This document shows, piece after piece, positions 17,443 to 25,427 of a stretch of 49,351 nt of DNA. The notes below the pieces were generated by a model, which did not search any database, was not told the origin of the DNA, and was given only the letters and a program-made list of their open reading frames with translations. This DNA comes from Minisyncoccota bacterium (GTDB taxonomy: Bacteria; Patescibacteriota; Minisyncoccia; Phycocordibacterales; UBA6899). The stretch covers positions 1 to 49,351 of the forward strand of contig DATIBL010000097.1 of NCBI GenBank assembly GCA_035457505.1. Direction: 5' to 3'. Position 1 is the stretch's first letter; each line of letters starts with the position of its first letter. Both the position numbers and the translations under genes were made by a program.

Positions 17443-18309
17443 TCATCCATTTTTTCCGAGGAAGATCCTCCATCCTGGAAATTCCGGGTATCGATAAGGA
17501 ACAGCTGGGAGGCGCGGATCAGCCTTTCTTTTCTCGCGGTATTCCGTGCTGCTTTGAATACCGAGATTTCGAGCGGCGGCACTTGCTTCTTCCCAGTTCG
17601 GATAGGGGTCTGTGACGTTCTTTCGCGGTGGGATGTCGAGAAATGTCGCCCATCCAGGAAAATCCACGTAGGATTCCGATGGTGCCGCATAGAGGCGCGG
17701 GTCAGATTTGTATTTCCTCGTGTATTGTACCGAGCTTGCGATCCCGATCTCCTTCGCGGCTCGCCCAGCCTCCTGCCATGTCGGATACGGATCTTCGACG
17801 ACATGCCGGAGTCCAAGTATCTTGTTAAAGCCGGGGAAATCTGGGTATACGTCCCAGGGTGAAAACGGGAGCCGTTCGTCCTTTGTACAGAGGGCACGAT
17901 AATCCTCGACCGACAGGATCCCATGCTGACGACAGATGTCCGAGATGTCTGTCCATGAGGGATAAAAATTTTTTTCCTGCCTGCCGAAAAATACATTCCA
18001 TCCGGTGCAGCCTCGGTACGTTGGCGGATCCGCCGGGAGTCGGGGATCCTCGGCGTATCGCTCCCGATATTCCTGCGGAGTCCTGATGCCGAGCGCCTTT
18101 GCAGCGCGCGCCGCATCCTCCCATGTGGGATATCGCTCCACCGCCCGTCTCCCGAGAAAGATCTCCCATCCCGGAAAGTTCTCGCGATAGAGATAGCGAG
18201 GGCTCGAAGGAAGTCGAATGTCCCGCGCATATGTGCGAGCGTACCCTTCTTTCGTCGTGACGCCGAGAACTTTGGCGGCCGCCCCCGCTTCTTGCCATGT
18301 CGGGTAGAA
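17443..18309 (-). repeat. five tandem ~52-58-aa coding repeats, consensus YPTW.EA..AAK.LGI.....Y...Y..DPRLP..P...Y..FPGW..FLG
   Basis: The repeat units start FYPTWQEAGAAAKVLGV, RYPTWEDAARAAKALGI, FYPSWTDISDICRQHGI, PYPTWQEAGRAAKEIGI and PYPNWEEASAAARNLGI. Each ends in (F)PGW..FLG-like residues. Confidence 0.85.
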
Positions 18310-19560
18310 GTTTGGACGCACTTGCTTGAGAAGGCGAAGCAAAGGAATGATCTTTTCGCGAAATTCCGGCTCATCTGTGTTGAGTGTCATCGGGGCCCCG
18401 GAGTCGAGGTCGTCTTGAGGGGATCTCTTTTCGCCCCTCGCGCCGGCGCTCCTTTTTTGGAGCTGCTTTTCGTGCTCCTCCGCAACGCGTTGATGAAGCT
18501 CACTCACCATCAGGATTCGCTCGCAATTTGCAACGAAATCGAGGGCGAGAACTCGCTTCTTCTCCTTGCTCCGTCGGAGTCCTCTTCCAAGTTGTTGGAA
18601 GAAGATCGTTTGAGAATCAGTTGCACGGAGAAACACCAGTATGTTCGCTTGCGGGACATCGATGCCTTCGTTCATCACATCGACAACGACAACGACCTGC
18701 ACCAGTCCCTGCCGAAACATCTCCAGTCGGATCGCGCGCTCCTTTGGTGGAACGCGTGAATGGATCGCAAAGCTCTCGGGCATGAGTGCGGCGAACTTAT
18801 CGCACTCCGCAATGGAATTGGCGAAGACGATGACTCTTGGATTCTCGACGCGCCCCATATGGCGCCGTATTGTTCGAACGATCGCCTCGTCTCTCCCGGG
18901 AGAGAACATGCGTTTATTCAGTTCAGCGATCGGAGGTGGCCGCCGAGCGCCGAAGATATCCGGCGGGATATAGATCTCGTCGAACATGAGTCGGTAGTCG
19001 ACTGGACAGAGAAGTCTCCGCGCAAGGGCTTCTTCGAGCGGCAGCGAGTAGACTTCCTCGCCGTAGATGTCGCGGATGTTGAGTTCATCGAGTCGGTTCG
19101 GAGTCGCAGTGACGCCGAGAAGGAATTCCGGTTCAAAGTACTCGATCGTCGAACGATATGTGAATGCATGCGAGTGGTGACTTTCGTCGACCGCGCAATA
19201 TGCGAATTCGTTCGGCCTGAAGAGGTGCTTGTGTCGCGTCATTGTTTGGAGCGAGGAAAAAAGAACGTCTGTTCTCTGGAGGGTTCGCTCGTGTCCATGG
19301 AAGAACCCGTACGCCAACCCCGAGCCATGGATCGCCTCGATCGTGGTCCGCGCTTGCTCCAGAATTTCATTTTGGTGGCAGAGATAGAGTGCGCGGCCGC
19401 TGTGCTTCTCCCAAAAGCTCCGAAGATCAAGCCCGACTGTCACTGTTTTCCCGAGTCCGCTCGCCATTACGACAAGTGCGCGCCTGGCGTCTTCTTTTTC
19501 GCGGACTGTTTGTACTGCGCGAAGGCATTCCTCCTGATACTCGAATGGAACAAACATCAC
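17443..19560 (-). CDS. SF2 helicase (ResIII/DEAD-like N-terminus plus helicase C domain) with five C-terminal tandem repeats
   Basis: 705 aa. It has Walker A MASGLGKT, DESH in AVDESHHS, TATP, and C-lobe motifs VVVDVMNEGIDVP and QQLGRGLR. A ~290-aa repeat tail follows. Confidence 0.85.
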   Translation of the reverse strand: MMFVPFEYQEECLRAVQTVREKEDARRALVVMASGLGKTVTVGLDLRSFWEKHSGRALYLCHQNEILEQARTTIEAIHGSGLAYGFFHGHERTLQRTDVLFSSLQTMTRHKHLFRPNEFAYCAVDESHHSHAFTYRSTIEYFEPEFLLGVTATPNRLDELNIRDIYGEEVYSLPLEEALARRLLCPVDYRLMFDEIYIPPDIFGARRPPPIAELNKRMFSPGRDEAIVRTIRRHMGRVENPRVIVFANSIAECDKFAALMPESFAIHSRVPPKERAIRLEMFRQGLVQVVVVVDVMNEGIDVPQANILVFLRATDSQTIFFQQLGRGLRRSKEKKRVLALDFVANCERILMVSELHQRVAEEHEKQLQKRSAGARGEKRSPQDDLDSGAPMTLNTDEPEFREKIIPLLRLLKQVRPNFYPTWQEAGAAAKVLGVTTKEGYARTYARDIRLPSSPRYLYRENFPGWEIFLGRRAVERYPTWEDAARAAKALGIRTPQEYRERYAEDPRLPADPPTYRGCTGWNVFFGRQEKNFYPSWTDISDICRQHGILSVEDYRALCTKDERLPFSPWDVYPDFPGFNKILGLRHVVEDPYPTWQEAGRAAKEIGIASSVQYTRKYKSDPRLYAAPSESYVDFPGWATFLDIPPRKNVTDPYPNWEEASAAARNLGIQSSTEYREKRKADPRLPAVPYRYPEFPGWRIFLGKNG

Positions 19561-19714
19561 ATCTCCTAGGTCATGAAAAGTGCAGCCTCTAGCATCGCAT
19601 ACTTGAGGAGATTTGCCATTTTGTCAAACATGTTTGCCAAATGAAAAATTGCAGGTAGTCTGAGAAAAGTAAGGTTCTTCCCAGCCCCGTGGGATCATCT
19701 TGAGAGGAGTAGGT

Positions 19715-21169
19715 ATGGGCACGCAGGAGAGGCCGTCAGCCGAGATCGATTTGCCTGATTTTTTGTCGGAGCTTCAAACCAAAAGTGCGCGATCTGCCGC
19801 GCGTCGGATTCTTCGCAGCGCGAAAGAGCGCGGACGGATCACGACATCGGAGATCGCCGAGCTTTTGCCGCGAAGTATTCTGAGGGATCGGGCTCTTTTG
19901 TCCCGGGTCATTCAGCATCTTGGGACATATTTGCTCGATTCACGCGTTGCGTTGGCGAATCCGACACAGAAACAAGAGTTTTCCGGCTCAAAAAAGAATG
20001 CTCGTCGCGCTCGGAACGAAGATATCGCGCCCCCTGCGGCATCGCCTGGGGGTGTGGATTACGACGAGCGATCACAAAGACGACGCGTCGCTCGTCCCCT
20101 GCGCGACGAGGATCACGATCGCGTTCACGACATCGTCGAGCCCCAGACGACCGATGACCTCTTCTGCTCGGAGGGTGAACTTGGCCATTTGACGTCTTCC
20201 GAACTTGAACTATTTGAGGCCGAATCGGAATATCTGGAAGATCCGTTGCTCCGGTATTACCAAGCGTGTCGCAAGTATCCGCTCTTGAGCAAGGAGCAGG
20301 AACAGGAACTTTCTCGGCGAGTTTGCGAGGATGGTGACCTCTCTGCTCGCAATGAACTGGTGTGCCACAATCTTCGCCTTGTGCGGTCTGTGGCACGCCG
20401 GTATGCGTGGAGCAAGTTGCCGTTCGCCGATCTCATTCAGGAGGGGAACCTCGGCCTGATTACTGCCGCAGAAAAATTCGACTGGCGCGTCGGAACACGG
20501 TTCACAACATATGCGTACTGGTGGATACGGCAAGCAGTTACTCGGGCGATCCTGCAGTATTCCGATGTCATTCGCCTTCCTGTCCATATCGGAATGCTTC
20601 GACTGAATATTCTTCAGGCGATCGATCGGATGTGTATCGACGGAGGGAGGATCCCTACGCCGGAGGCGATCGCGGAATATCTTGATACTCCGCTTCCTGC
20701 GGTGAAGAATGCCCTGCGAGCCATGCACCTCCAAAACCCGATCCCGCTTGACGGGATCCCTCGTTCTGGCGAGGAGGGCGACGAGATCAACCTCCAGGAC
20801 CTGGTCGCCGATCCGAACGGCGCTGATCCGTCCGTAATACTTGAGGCGAAGCAGGAACTTCTCGCGATCTATAACGATCTGAGGATCATCCTCGACGCGA
20901 TCAAAGAATTGCCCGGGAACCGCGAACGCAACATCACGGTCTTCAAAGAAATGCACGGACTTGGTCCGAGCGGCGAAAAGCGGACACTCGAAGAAGTCGG
21001 ACAAGAATTCGGCGTGACTCGAGAGCGGATCCGGCAGATCCTCCTTCGTATCTTTGAAAGTCTTGCGGAGCAAGGCATCGAAGTCGATCAACAAGCACTT
21101 CGTGATCATCTTTGGCGCGTGCAGGAACTGGAAAAACTCAGCGGAACTCTTTTCGCTGAGCTCGATTGA
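19715..21169 (+). CDS. rpoD: RNA polymerase sigma-70 family factor (primary-sigma-like, regions 1.2-4 present)
   Basis: Region 2 reads DLIQEGNLGLITAAEKFDWRVGTRFTTYAYWWIRQAVTRAI. Region 4 has the HTH TLEEVGQEFGVTRERIRQI. The ATG at 19715 is preceded by GAGAGGAG. Confidence 0.85.
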   Translation: MGTQERPSAEIDLPDFLSELQTKSARSAARRILRSAKERGRITTSEIAELLPRSILRDRALLSRVIQHLGTYLLDSRVALANPTQKQEFSGSKKNARRARNEDIAPPAASPGGVDYDERSQRRRVARPLRDEDHDRVHDIVEPQTTDDLFCSEGELGHLTSSELELFEAESEYLEDPLLRYYQACRKYPLLSKEQEQELSRRVCEDGDLSARNELVCHNLRLVRSVARRYAWSKLPFADLIQEGNLGLITAAEKFDWRVGTRFTTYAYWWIRQAVTRAILQYSDVIRLPVHIGMLRLNILQAIDRMCIDGGRIPTPEAIAEYLDTPLPAVKNALRAMHLQNPIPLDGIPRSGEEGDEINLQDLVADPNGADPSVILEAKQELLAIYNDLRIILDAIKELPGNRERNITVFKEMHGLGPSGEKRTLEEVGQEFGVTRERIRQILLRIFESLAEQGIEVDQQALRDHLWRVQELEKLSGTLFAELD

Positions 21170-21192
21170 GTGGAAGGTACTTCGAATTATCC

Positions 21193-21225
21193 AACAGCGT
21201 ATCAGTAATGATGCGCTGTTTTTGT
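21193..21225 (+). terminator. probable terminator after the sigma factor gene
   Basis: AACAGCG (21193-21199) pairs with CGCTGTT (21214-21220) around a long loop, followed by TTTTG. Confidence 0.45.
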
Positions 21226-21298
21226 GTTGCCATGTTTCGATTGATATACTATCGAGGATGCTCAGTGCGCAATATTGAGCAGCAGATAATCTATTTTC

Positions 21299-22114
21299 AT
21301 GAGTCATCCATATTCGCTCGCCGCACTCGCCGCACTCGCTGCCGTCATCATGGCGCCGTCTGCTGCCTTTGCGGAAACCGACGCCGGAACAGCGGTCGAC
21401 GCCGGCGCTGCAGTAGACACGTCCGTTGCGCCTCGTGACGAAGCCACTGGCAAAGCAAGCGGAATAATGCTTGCGCCGCGCGACGCTGCATCTGGGCAGG
21501 CGACGGGAAAGCGGATTCAGCTTGATGCAAGCTCGACCGTGGGAACCGAGATCGAGGCGCGCGAGGCAGTGCAGGCACGTATAAAGTTAAACGCTGGGGC
21601 CAATGCCTCCACGAGCATGGAGCGTCGTGAGGCGGCAGAAGATCGCCTTACGGAGTCACGAAGTGACGCTCGCCGTGCCCTGGCGGAGCGCATGTTGACG
21701 CGTCTTTCTGCGGCACTTGATCGCCTGTCCCTTCTTGCGGACCGTCTCGAATCTCGTGCAGCCAAGCTCTCCGAAAAGGGGGTGAATGTCTCGGCAACGA
21801 CCGCGCTTTTGGGAACCGTTCGTACAAAGATCGCCGATGGTCGCACTGCGCTGATTGAGGCGCGCGCGTCGCTCGAAGCACCCGCCAGCGCCTCGGTTGA
21901 GACGCGCTGTCTTGGCGGAGCAACAGGAACGCGCTGCACGCCGGAGAAGTCGCAAGGGAATCAGGCCCTCCGCGCCTCGCTTGAAAAGGCGAACGCTGCG
22001 GTCCGAGCGGCGCACAAGGCGCTCGTGGATGCGCTGGTGTCGCTCAAGGCCTCGGTCAAAATCGATGTCTCGGCAACGACAACAGTTTCGACCGCAACTG
22101 GGACAGCGCAATAG
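21299..22114 (+). CDS. secreted Ala/Arg-rich, probably coiled-coil, hypothetical protein
   Basis: The signal-like N-terminus is MSHPYSLAALAALAAVIMAPSAAFA|E. It has a duplicated APRD.(A/S).G.A(S/T)G motif, then long Ala/Arg/Leu/Glu-rich helical sequence. No family recognised. Confidence 0.55.
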   Translation: MSHPYSLAALAALAAVIMAPSAAFAETDAGTAVDAGAAVDTSVAPRDEATGKASGIMLAPRDAASGQATGKRIQLDASSTVGTEIEAREAVQARIKLNAGANASTSMERREAAEDRLTESRSDARRALAERMLTRLSAALDRLSLLADRLESRAAKLSEKGVNVSATTALLGTVRTKIADGRTALIEARASLEAPASASVETRCLGGATGTRCTPEKSQGNQALRASLEKANAAVRAAHKALVDALVSLKASVKIDVSATTTVSTATGTAQ

Positions 22115-22140
22115 TCGCGTATACATCAACGAACAATTCT

Positions 22141-22500
22141 ATGGAACCACAAGACACATCAACAACACCGAGGCCGCTGGATGAAAATGCCTTTCCGCAG
22201 GCGTCCGCATCTGGGAGCGGGTCCTCGCTCGTTCCGCTTTTGCTCGCGATCGCCGCGCTCGTCGGAGTCGCAATCGCTGCATGGTACTTTATGCGCCCGG
22301 CAGCGATGCCCGCTGAGATGATGATGCCCGTCCCCGATGCCGGAGTTCCGGTTGTTGAGACAGAGGTTTCGGCAGCTGCGTCTGATCCGGTTGTTCAGGC
22401 GCTTTCGACTCAGGGGTCGTCCGACGAGATCGCCGACATTGAAGCTGATCTCAACGCAACCGACCTGAACGCGGTCGAAGCAGATCTGCAGGGCATTTAG
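22141..22500 (+). CDS. small single-pass membrane protein with an acidic C-terminus, hypothetical
   Basis: 119 aa. The TM segment is LVPLLLAIAALVGVAIAAWYF. The acidic tail reads SSDEIADIEADLNATDLNAVEADLQGI. A hairpin lies downstream. Confidence 0.5.
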   Translation: MEPQDTSTTPRPLDENAFPQASASGSGSSLVPLLLAIAALVGVAIAAWYFMRPAAMPAEMMMPVPDAGVPVVETEVSAAASDPVVQALSTQGSSDEIADIEADLNATDLNAVEADLQGI

Positions 22501-22522
22501 GTCTTCTCTCCCATCACTGAGC

Positions 22523-22552
22523 GCAAACGCCTCGCCTCCGCGGGGCGTTTGC
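22523..22552 (+). terminator. hairpin, possible terminator
   Basis: GCAAACGCC (22523-22531) pairs with GGCGTTTGC (22544-22552). There is no strong T-run. Confidence 0.4.
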
Positions 22553-22560
22553 CTATTCTC

Positions 22561-22589
22561 TTGCTTCCTGCGAGATGAAACGATAGTAT
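22561..22589 (+). promoter_or_regulatory. possible sigma70-type promoter for tig
   Basis: TTGCTT (22561-22566), a 17-nt spacer, then TAGTAT (22584-22589), 58 nt upstream of the tig ATG. Confidence 0.35.
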
Positions 22590-22647
22590 GACGAGCACTT
22601 GATTTGATCGTATTTTCGTTTCACTTTTCTCGTTTTATCTTCACGAT

Positions 22648-23712
22648 ATGGACACACCTGCACAGACGAAGACCTACCAGGCAACCGTCAAAAAGCTTTC
22701 CGGATCACGCGTCGAAATCACTGGGGTCGTTCCGGCCGAGGAGTTCGATGCCGGTCGCGCAAAGGCTGTCGCGCGCATCGGCAAAGACATCGAAATGCCT
22801 GGATTTCGAAAGGGACACGTGCCCGAAAAGATGATCGTCGCGCGTTTTGGCGATGCAGTGCTCCTTGAGGAGATGGCGCAGATCGCGCTCGAGAAGGCGT
22901 ATCCGACGATCGTGACGGAAGAGGGACTTGATCCGCTTGGGCGCCCGGAGATCAAGATCACCAAGGTTGCCGCAGGGAATCCTCTCGAGTTCGTCGCGGA
23001 GACCGATGTCTATCCGGTCGTGACGCTTCCGGATTTCAAAAAAATTGCCGCTAAGCTGAATACGAAGAAGGTGACCGTGACGGTGGGCGACGAAGAGGTC
23101 ACGAAGACGATCGAGGAGATCAAGAAGATGCGCGCGCGGGCGGACGCTGAGCGTGAAGGTGCCCCGTACGACGAGAAGGCCCCCCTTCCGGAGCTGACGG
23201 ATGAATACGTGAAGAGCCTGGGTGGAGATTTTGCATCGATTGGTGACTTCAAGGCCAAGCTCACCGAGAACATCCGCATTGAGAAGACGCGCTCGGAAAA
23301 GGAGAAGCATCGCATGGCGGTCCTTGACGCGATCGTCGCGGAGACTAAGCTTGAGCTCCCGAAGACGATCGTCGCGGGCGAGCTTGAGCGCATCGAGCAT
23401 GAGTTCGCGCGGGATATCTCGCGCATGGGCATGTCGTTCGACGACTATCTGGAGCGGATCAAAAAGACCAAGGAGGAAATGCGCTCGACCTGGACTCCGG
23501 ACGCTGAAAAGCGCGCGAAGTCGCAGATCGTCGTCGCCGAGATCGCGAAAGCCGATACTATTGCGCCGACAGAAGAAGAAATGATGGCCGAGATCGCTAA
23601 GCTCCAGGCGGCGTACCCGGATGCGGACCCAAGCCGCCTCGCCGGATATGTCGACATGGTGCTGACCAATGAGAAGGTGCTCGAAATGCTCGAGACCTGC
23701 GCGAACGCTTGA
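22648..23712 (+). CDS. tig: trigger factor, short form lacking the FKBP/PPIase domain
   Basis: 354 aa. The N-terminal ribosome-binding domain carries the GFRKGHVP signature. The sequence passes within about 15 residues from the end of the N domain (EEIKKMRA) into the C-domain entry (LPELTDEYVKSLG). The C-terminal arm region is present. Confidence 0.85.
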   Translation: MDTPAQTKTYQATVKKLSGSRVEITGVVPAEEFDAGRAKAVARIGKDIEMPGFRKGHVPEKMIVARFGDAVLLEEMAQIALEKAYPTIVTEEGLDPLGRPEIKITKVAAGNPLEFVAETDVYPVVTLPDFKKIAAKLNTKKVTVTVGDEEVTKTIEEIKKMRARADAEREGAPYDEKAPLPELTDEYVKSLGGDFASIGDFKAKLTENIRIEKTRSEKEKHRMAVLDAIVAETKLELPKTIVAGELERIEHEFARDISRMGMSFDDYLERIKKTKEEMRSTWTPDAEKRAKSQIVVAEIAKADTIAPTEEEMMAEIAKLQAAYPDADPSRLAGYVDMVLTNEKVLEMLETCANA

Positions 23713-23780
23713 CGCACCTAAGCCGATGATGTTTTATCAGTGCGTCGCTCTTTTTCCATCCATCCGAAATGGAGGCCGTC

Positions 23781-24122
23781 ATGCGCACTCAGAAGGTCGA
23801 TATCAATCGGGTTCTTGAGATCCTCTCTCGCTATGCGGTGCTGACGGCCGAAACCGTCCGAAGCGTTCGAAAATTCTTCCATCACGAAGAGGGGTGGGGC
23901 GAGCGGCTTTCGCTGCCCTGTCCGCACGGTCGAGCGGTGCGCATGAACTGGGATAATCTCGGCGTGTATCTCGAGCCTATTGGCCTCGCCGTGCCCGCGG
24001 ACCAGGCAGATCGCGAACGACTTGATGCGGTCAACGCCGCACTGCTTGAGGCAGTTCCTCCGAAGCTTCGCCTCGATCAAATTCGTCGGACGGCGTATTG
24101 CACAAACGGCGTATCAGGATGA
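23781..24122 (+). CDS. hypothetical protein (113 aa)
   Basis: The ATG at 23781 is preceded by GGAGG with a 6-nt spacer. The ORF ends inside a strong terminator hairpin. An antisense 120-aa ORF also exists, so strand choice is tentative. Confidence 0.4.
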   Translation: MRTQKVDINRVLEILSRYAVLTAETVRSVRKFFHHEEGWGERLSLPCPHGRAVRMNWDNLGVYLEPIGLAVPADQADRERLDAVNAALLEAVPPKLRLDQIRRTAYCTNGVSG

Positions 24123-24136
24123 TACGCCGTTTTTTG
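24104..24136. terminator. bidirectional rho-independent terminator
   Basis: ACGGCGTATC (24106-24115) pairs with GATACGCCGT (24121-24130) around a 5-nt loop. TTTTT lies on the plus strand and an A-run on the other side. It sits between convergent genes. Confidence 0.8.
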
Positions 24137-24153
24137 CTCTGTTCGATTGCAAA

Positions 24154-24681
24154 TTATTTTTTCGCGTACTCCTTTTGATAGAGTTCGATCGAGCGCGCAA
24201 CGTCCTTCACGGCCTCGGCGCGATCGCGCCAGTCGCCCACCTTCACCTCCTTCCCCTGGAGATCCTTATACACTTTGAAAAAGTGCTTGATCTCGTCGAG
24301 GAGATGCGGCTCGATGTCCGTGATGTTCTTGGTGTTCTTGAAGCGCGGGTCTGCCTTGGGAACAGCAAGCACTTTTGCGTCGCCTTCACCTCCATCGATC
24401 ATATCGAGCACGCCGATCACACGCGCTTCGACGAGACAGCCAGGAACGAGCGGCTCGTGGCCCATGACAAGCACGTCGAGCGGGTCGCCGTCCTCCCAGA
24501 GGGTCTGCGGGACGAAACCGTAGTTGCACGGATAGTGCATGGGGGAATAGAGGACGCGGTCGTACTTGATGAGCCCAGTGTCCTTATCGAGCTCATATTT
24601 GACGCGCGAGAGCTGTGGGATCTCAACGATCACATTGAGGGCGTCTGCGTCGCCCGAGGGAATGTCGTGCCAAAGATTCAT
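24154..24681 (-). CDS. ppa: inorganic pyrophosphatase (family I)
   Basis: 175 aa. It contains VIVEIPQLSRVKYELDKDTG, YGFVPQTLWEDGDPLDVLV and the DGGEGDAKVLAV motif. Confidence 0.95.
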   Translation of the reverse strand: MNLWHDIPSGDADALNVIVEIPQLSRVKYELDKDTGLIKYDRVLYSPMHYPCNYGFVPQTLWEDGDPLDVLVMGHEPLVPGCLVEARVIGVLDMIDGGEGDAKVLAVPKADPRFKNTKNITDIEPHLLDEIKHFFKVYKDLQGKEVKVGDWRDRAEAVKDVARSIELYQKEYAKK

Positions 24682-24802
24682 ATGTATACAAAATAACAGG
24701 TGGATAAAACGCTCATTGAGAGCTCAATGCGGTCAGCGTACCGCGGGATTGGGAGGATGTCTAGAATACCAAGCAAATGCTAAGCGGTTCTTGCGGAAAA
24801 GC

Positions 24803-24831
24803 TTGACGAAAGTGGCAAAATGATATATAAT
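24803..24831 (+). promoter_or_regulatory. strong sigma70-type promoter
   Basis: TTGACG (24803-24808), a 17-nt spacer, then TATAAT (24826-24831), 35 nt upstream of AAGGAGG and the ATG at 24866. Confidence 0.65.
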
Positions 24832-24865
24832 TTACAGCGAACAGAACTTTTTCAAGGAGGGTGTC

Positions 24866-25324
24866 ATGAACGCAAAAAAAGGAATGATTCCGCCCACTCT
24901 CAATGCAAAGGTGGGGGAGGTCTTCCACGATGAAGATCATGGGCAATTCCTCATAACCCACTCGTGGCAGTCTCTTTGCATGTTTTTTGAGTGCCCCACT
25001 GAACTCATCTTCGACGGGACGTTCGTTTTTGTCGGTAAGCCGGATGAGAACGATCCTACCACGCCGTTGTTTCTCAAGAGATTCTTCACCAGTCCGATCC
25101 TTGCTCTGCCGATTGATCAGGTCTGGGTCCGCATCTCTACAGGGGAGATCATTGTCGGGTTCGAGCAACCTTCTGACGTGTCGGCGCTCGCGATGGAAGT
25201 GATCCGCATCCTCACGGAGTACTACGAGGAGATGAAGCGCGAATCGCGCGTCGTCACGATCTCTGCCGACGAGGTCCACGGGAAGAGCCGCGAGCCCTAT
25301 AAGGGTGGCATCTGGGGGAAATAG
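24866..25324 (+). CDS. hypothetical protein (152 aa)
   Basis: It has a strong RBS (AAGGAGGGTGTC-ATG), a consensus promoter upstream and a terminator downstream. No family recognised. Confidence 0.6.
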   Translation: MNAKKGMIPPTLNAKVGEVFHDEDHGQFLITHSWQSLCMFFECPTELIFDGTFVFVGKPDENDPTTPLFLKRFFTSPILALPIDQVWVRISTGEIIVGFEQPSDVSALAMEVIRILTEYYEEMKRESRVVTISADEVHGKSREPYKGGIWGK

Positions 25325-25379
25325 TCCCCCAGAAACGATCTGCGACATCAGTCGGAAAGACACCATCTGCTCACCAAAT

Positions 25380-25408
25380 CAAAATGCCCCGAAATTCGGG
25401 GCATTTCT
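25380..25408. terminator. bidirectional rho-independent terminator
   Basis: ATGCCCCG (25384-25391) pairs with CGGGGCAT (25397-25404). It is flanked by AAAA and TTT, and sits between convergent genes. Confidence 0.75.
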
Positions 25409-25427
25409 CATATCTCGTGAAACCGGA

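Noticed and set aside
17443-18309. Periodic DNA repeats that might suggest a CRISPR or satellite array
   Set aside because: The periodicity (~160-170 nt) is in frame within a continuous ORF and corresponds to protein repeats. There are no short identical direct repeats with unique spacers. No CRISPR array exists anywhere in the window.
23718-24080. 120-aa minus-strand ORF overlapping the 113-aa plus-strand ORF
   Set aside because: The plus-strand ORF has a GGAGG RBS and ends in the terminator hairpin, while the minus-strand ORF has neither. Both remain weak, so the plus-strand call carries low confidence.
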